64,000 bases of DNA, from IMG/VR virus record IMGVR_UViG_3300021400_001623, positions 16,433 through 80,432 of that record. One strand, 5' to 3'. Source of the stretch: a virus (taxonomy: Duplodnaviria > Caudoviricetes). Made by a program: the position numbers and the translations under genes. Below the pieces are notes generated by a model that did no database searches, was not told the origin of the DNA, and was given only the letters and a program-made list of their open reading frames with translations. The number at the start of each line of letters is the position of its first letter. The stretch's first letter is position 1. This document shows positions 61,733 to 64,000 of this stretch, piece by piece.

Positions 61733-62323
61733 CTATTCATCAGCCTCGTTTTGCTCTGACTCTTTATAGTGTTTTAGCGCCATATTGGTCATGCTAGCAA
61801 GCATTCGGGCTGTTTTATATACATTTGCAACTACAATTGCCAATTCTTCTGTGGCATCAATATGTATTTGGATTAAGTCTTCTACGCCACGAAATTTTAC
61901 TTTATCGTGCCATAAACGGCGTGTGATATTTAATTTAGAATCACCACGTTCTTCCATCCTTTTTTTGAGCGTTTCATCATCAGCCCACAAATAAATCGGA
62001 ATAACGATTTTTGGGCCAGGATAATTCTTGCGAAAATCTCTTAATCCGTCTGGATCAATAATATATATATCCGCTTCATTAACCTGTTCAGCCGTAGCAC
62101 AATATCTATATCCATCGAATTTGGTGTATGCGCAAATATCTCGCAGATTATCAAATTCGTCTTCTGTAATAAATGTATGGCCAGTTTCATCCTCGCTGCG
62201 CTTTGGGCGGGTTGTGTAGCTTTGTAGTACCTTCCATTCGAAGTATCTCTCCAATTCCGAGCATACACTCGTTTTACCGCAGCCGGATTTGCCAACTAGT
62301 AGTACGATAAAATCTTTGTCCAA
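61733..62323 (-). CDS. gmk: Guanylate kinase
   Basis: GKSGCGKT P-loop; SYTTRPKR. Confidence 0.82.
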   Translation of the reverse strand: MDKDFIVLLVGKSGCGKTSVCSELERYFEWKVLQSYTTRPKRSEDETGHTFITEDEFDNLRDICAYTKFDGYRYCATAEQVNEADIYIIDPDGLRDFRKNYPGPKIVIPIYLWADDETLKKRMEERGDSKLNITRRLWHDKVKFRGVEDLIQIHIDATEELAIVVANVYKTARMLASMTNMALKHYKESEQNEADE

Positions 62324-62326
62324 GTA

Positions 62327-62614
62327 TTAACACTCCTCTAACATGTAATCCCTGTGATACATTAGAATGATTGGGGCATCACCATATAAATATGGCAGCG
62401 CTCGAATCGTGTTATAACTGATGAATTCAACGGCATCTTCATAAGACATTTCTTCATCATCCATCAGTTCCTGTACCATTAAATCCCAATCGTATATCAC
62501 TCTATCATCCGCAGATAATCCTATAATTGACGCATCAAATGACGGATTATCCATCACAACCACGTCATCGCCGCCAAATTCAGCGATAATCGACCGCAGT
62601 TCATAATCAATCAT
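62327..62614 (-). CDS. Conserved phage hypothetical protein
   Basis: FDASIIG...VIYD...EDAVEFISYNTI. Confidence 0.55.
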   Translation of the reverse strand: MIDYELRSIIAEFGGDDVVVMDNPSFDASIIGLSADDRVIYDWDLMVQELMDDEEMSYEDAVEFISYNTIRALPYLYGDAPIILMYHRDYMLEEC

Positions 62615-63218
62615 TAAGACACATCTCCTTAAAAAGTGGCAAAGATTCAATCCACTTACAGATTTCGTGCCATTCTGACAATCTATGGTTTTTACGAGAA
62701 TGATAAATGTTTAATAGTACTTCGTAATTTACATGCCATGTAAACCGGTAATTATAACTAGATGGGATTAATTGGCGCATTGCGCGAAAATAATCATAAT
62801 CTCCCGTTTCGATATATTGCTTACGCAGATAATTGATCTGTGCAATAATTGCACACCAGAGCGAACGATTCGTGCAACTTTTATCGTCAATCGTGAAGTC
62901 ATCCATTGTGAAATCGCGCGATGCTCCTTTATGTTGTAATGAACAAGAGTTGCGAGTAGTACCAACTTTATATGTATCAAGCTCATTTGTGATATAGTTT
63001 GGTGCTTCTATATCTACCCAAACATCTATCATACGAAGGAATTTACGGTGATCACCACCAGCCTTAATCAACTTTTTCATTAAGGCGAGGTCATTCTTAC
63101 CTATATAAAAGCTTTTATCTTGATAATAACTGTCGCTTTTACCCCATGATTCGTGTGGGTTTCGCATCCCGCGAATAGCGGGAGCAAAACCAGACACGCT
63201 TGTGTTAAAAATCTTCAA
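62607..63218 (-). CDS. ThyX-like phage protein
   Basis: HRKFLR, ELDTY, NSCS, HRLSEW; located in nucleotide-metabolism cluster. Confidence 0.5.
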   Translation of the reverse strand: MKIFNTSVSGFAPAIRGMRNPHESWGKSDSYYQDKSFYIGKNDLALMKKLIKAGGDHRKFLRMIDVWVDIEAPNYITNELDTYKVGTTRNSCSLQHKGASRDFTMDDFTIDDKSCTNRSLWCAIIAQINYLRKQYIETGDYDYFRAMRQLIPSSYNYRFTWHVNYEVLLNIYHSRKNHRLSEWHEICKWIESLPLFKEMCLND

Positions 63219-63401
63219 CTATTCCTCTTCCTCTTTTTCAGTATTTTCATCTTCAGTAATGGCATCTTCGTTTAATGCCGCCTCAAGATTTGTAAGCATC
63301 TGCAGTGCATTACTCAGATGGACTACACTATCACCTTTAGTCTCAACATTCATTAGTTCCTGTTTACTTGCTGTAACTACGTCTAAAATCGTTACCGCCA
63401 T
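63219..63401 (-). CDS. Hypothetical protein
   Basis: 60-aa ORF. Confidence 0.45.
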   Translation of the reverse strand: MAVTILDVVTASKQELMNVETKGDSVVHLSNALQMLTNLEAALNEDAITEDENTEKEEEE

Positions 63402-63697
63402 TATTCATCACTCCCATCTAATCCAATGTTTTTAACGTATAAGTTATTTGCATATATTAATTTGCTTGGTTTTTCAACTGTGTCACCGTTTGGTAATTCT
63501 AATAGTTTTTTCCCGCGCATTTCTATTTTCATCGGACGGCTATCCTGTGCAACGTTATTGACTAATTCTTGGCATTGCATCATAACCATCTGCTGTGGTC
63601 CGTTAAGATGCTGTGTGCCAACTTTTGTATCACCAATCGTGATATCCACATCTAAATCAAACATCTCTATGGTGCCGCCAAAATTAAAGTTAATCAT
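63401..63697 (-). CDS. Hypothetical protein
   Basis: 98-aa ORF coupled to neighbours. Confidence 0.5.
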   Translation of the reverse strand: MINFNFGGTIEMFDLDVDITIGDTKVGTQHLNGPQQMVMMQCQELVNNVAQDSRPMKIEMRGKKLLELPNGDTVEKPSKLIYANNLYVKNIGLDGSDE

Positions 63698-63921
63698 TCA
63701 AGAAACGACATAGCCTCCATCTGTTTCTGTAATTTTGCTAAGGCTTCCATTTTGTCTTTTTGCTCACGTTCTTTATTGCGAATCACGTAATCAAGAATAC
63801 ACGCAAGAACATATCCATTTAAAGCCTGTTCATGTTCGTCTCGTGCCTCCCAAACTGGCACCGCAAAACCATCAATGAGCAGATCTAATTCTTCTTCTGT
63901 AAAGATATAATTACGACTCAT
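63694..63921 (-). CDS. Hypothetical protein
   Basis: ATG 63921 after GAAGGAG. Confidence 0.5.
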   Translation of the reverse strand: MSRNYIFTEEELDLLIDGFAVPVWEARDEHEQALNGYVLACILDYVIRNKEREQKDKMEALAKLQKQMEAMSFLE

Positions 63922-64000
63922 TATGTAACGCTCCTTCAATTCGTTCTTCTGCTATTGAAAAATAATTTGCATCAAGTTCATAGCCTATAAAATTTCGATT
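63911..64000 (-). CDS. DNA methyltransferase (N4/N6 type), C-terminal end only
   Basis: NRNFIGYELDANYFSIAEERI motif; below the ORF-track cutoff. Confidence 0.7.
   Translation of the reverse strand, partial: NRNFIGYELDANYFSIAEERIEGALHNES

Noticed and set aside
1-64000. Genome-wide TAG reassignment (code 15)
   Set aside because: ORFs of 2579 and 3479 aa contain no TAG and many genes end cleanly at TAG; only one in-frame case (nrdJ)

Overview
64 kb of a large temperate Firmicutes (probably Clostridia) siphophage with SPbeta-like gene order. The + strand (1-54974) carries the terminase C-terminus, portal, protease/scaffold, capsid, neck and tail genes. It also carries an inserted RusA / tyrosine recombinase / ClpP / beta-CASP nuclease block, a tape measure gene (TMP), Dit, a 3479-aa tail protein, LamG/CBM tail proteins, a collar-domain fibre, lysis genes and abrB. 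An integrase follows, beside an attP-like site carrying the 3' half of tRNA-Cys (phage genes on both sides, so the excised form). The - strand arm encodes nucleotide metabolism (dUTPase, class II RNR with one in-frame TAG, 5'-nucleotidase, guanylate kinase, ThyX-like protein, DNA MTase end). Main result: the apparently fragmented TMP is one ~3760-aa gene split by three group I introns, with splice sites supported by P1, P7, P9.0 and P10 pairings. The same P9.1 loop holds a GIY-YIG endonuclease in intron 1 and is nearly empty in intron 2. In intron 3 it holds an antisense non-endonuclease zinc-ribbon gene with its own promoter, RBS and terminator. All family assignments come from motifs read by eye; no searches or folding were run.
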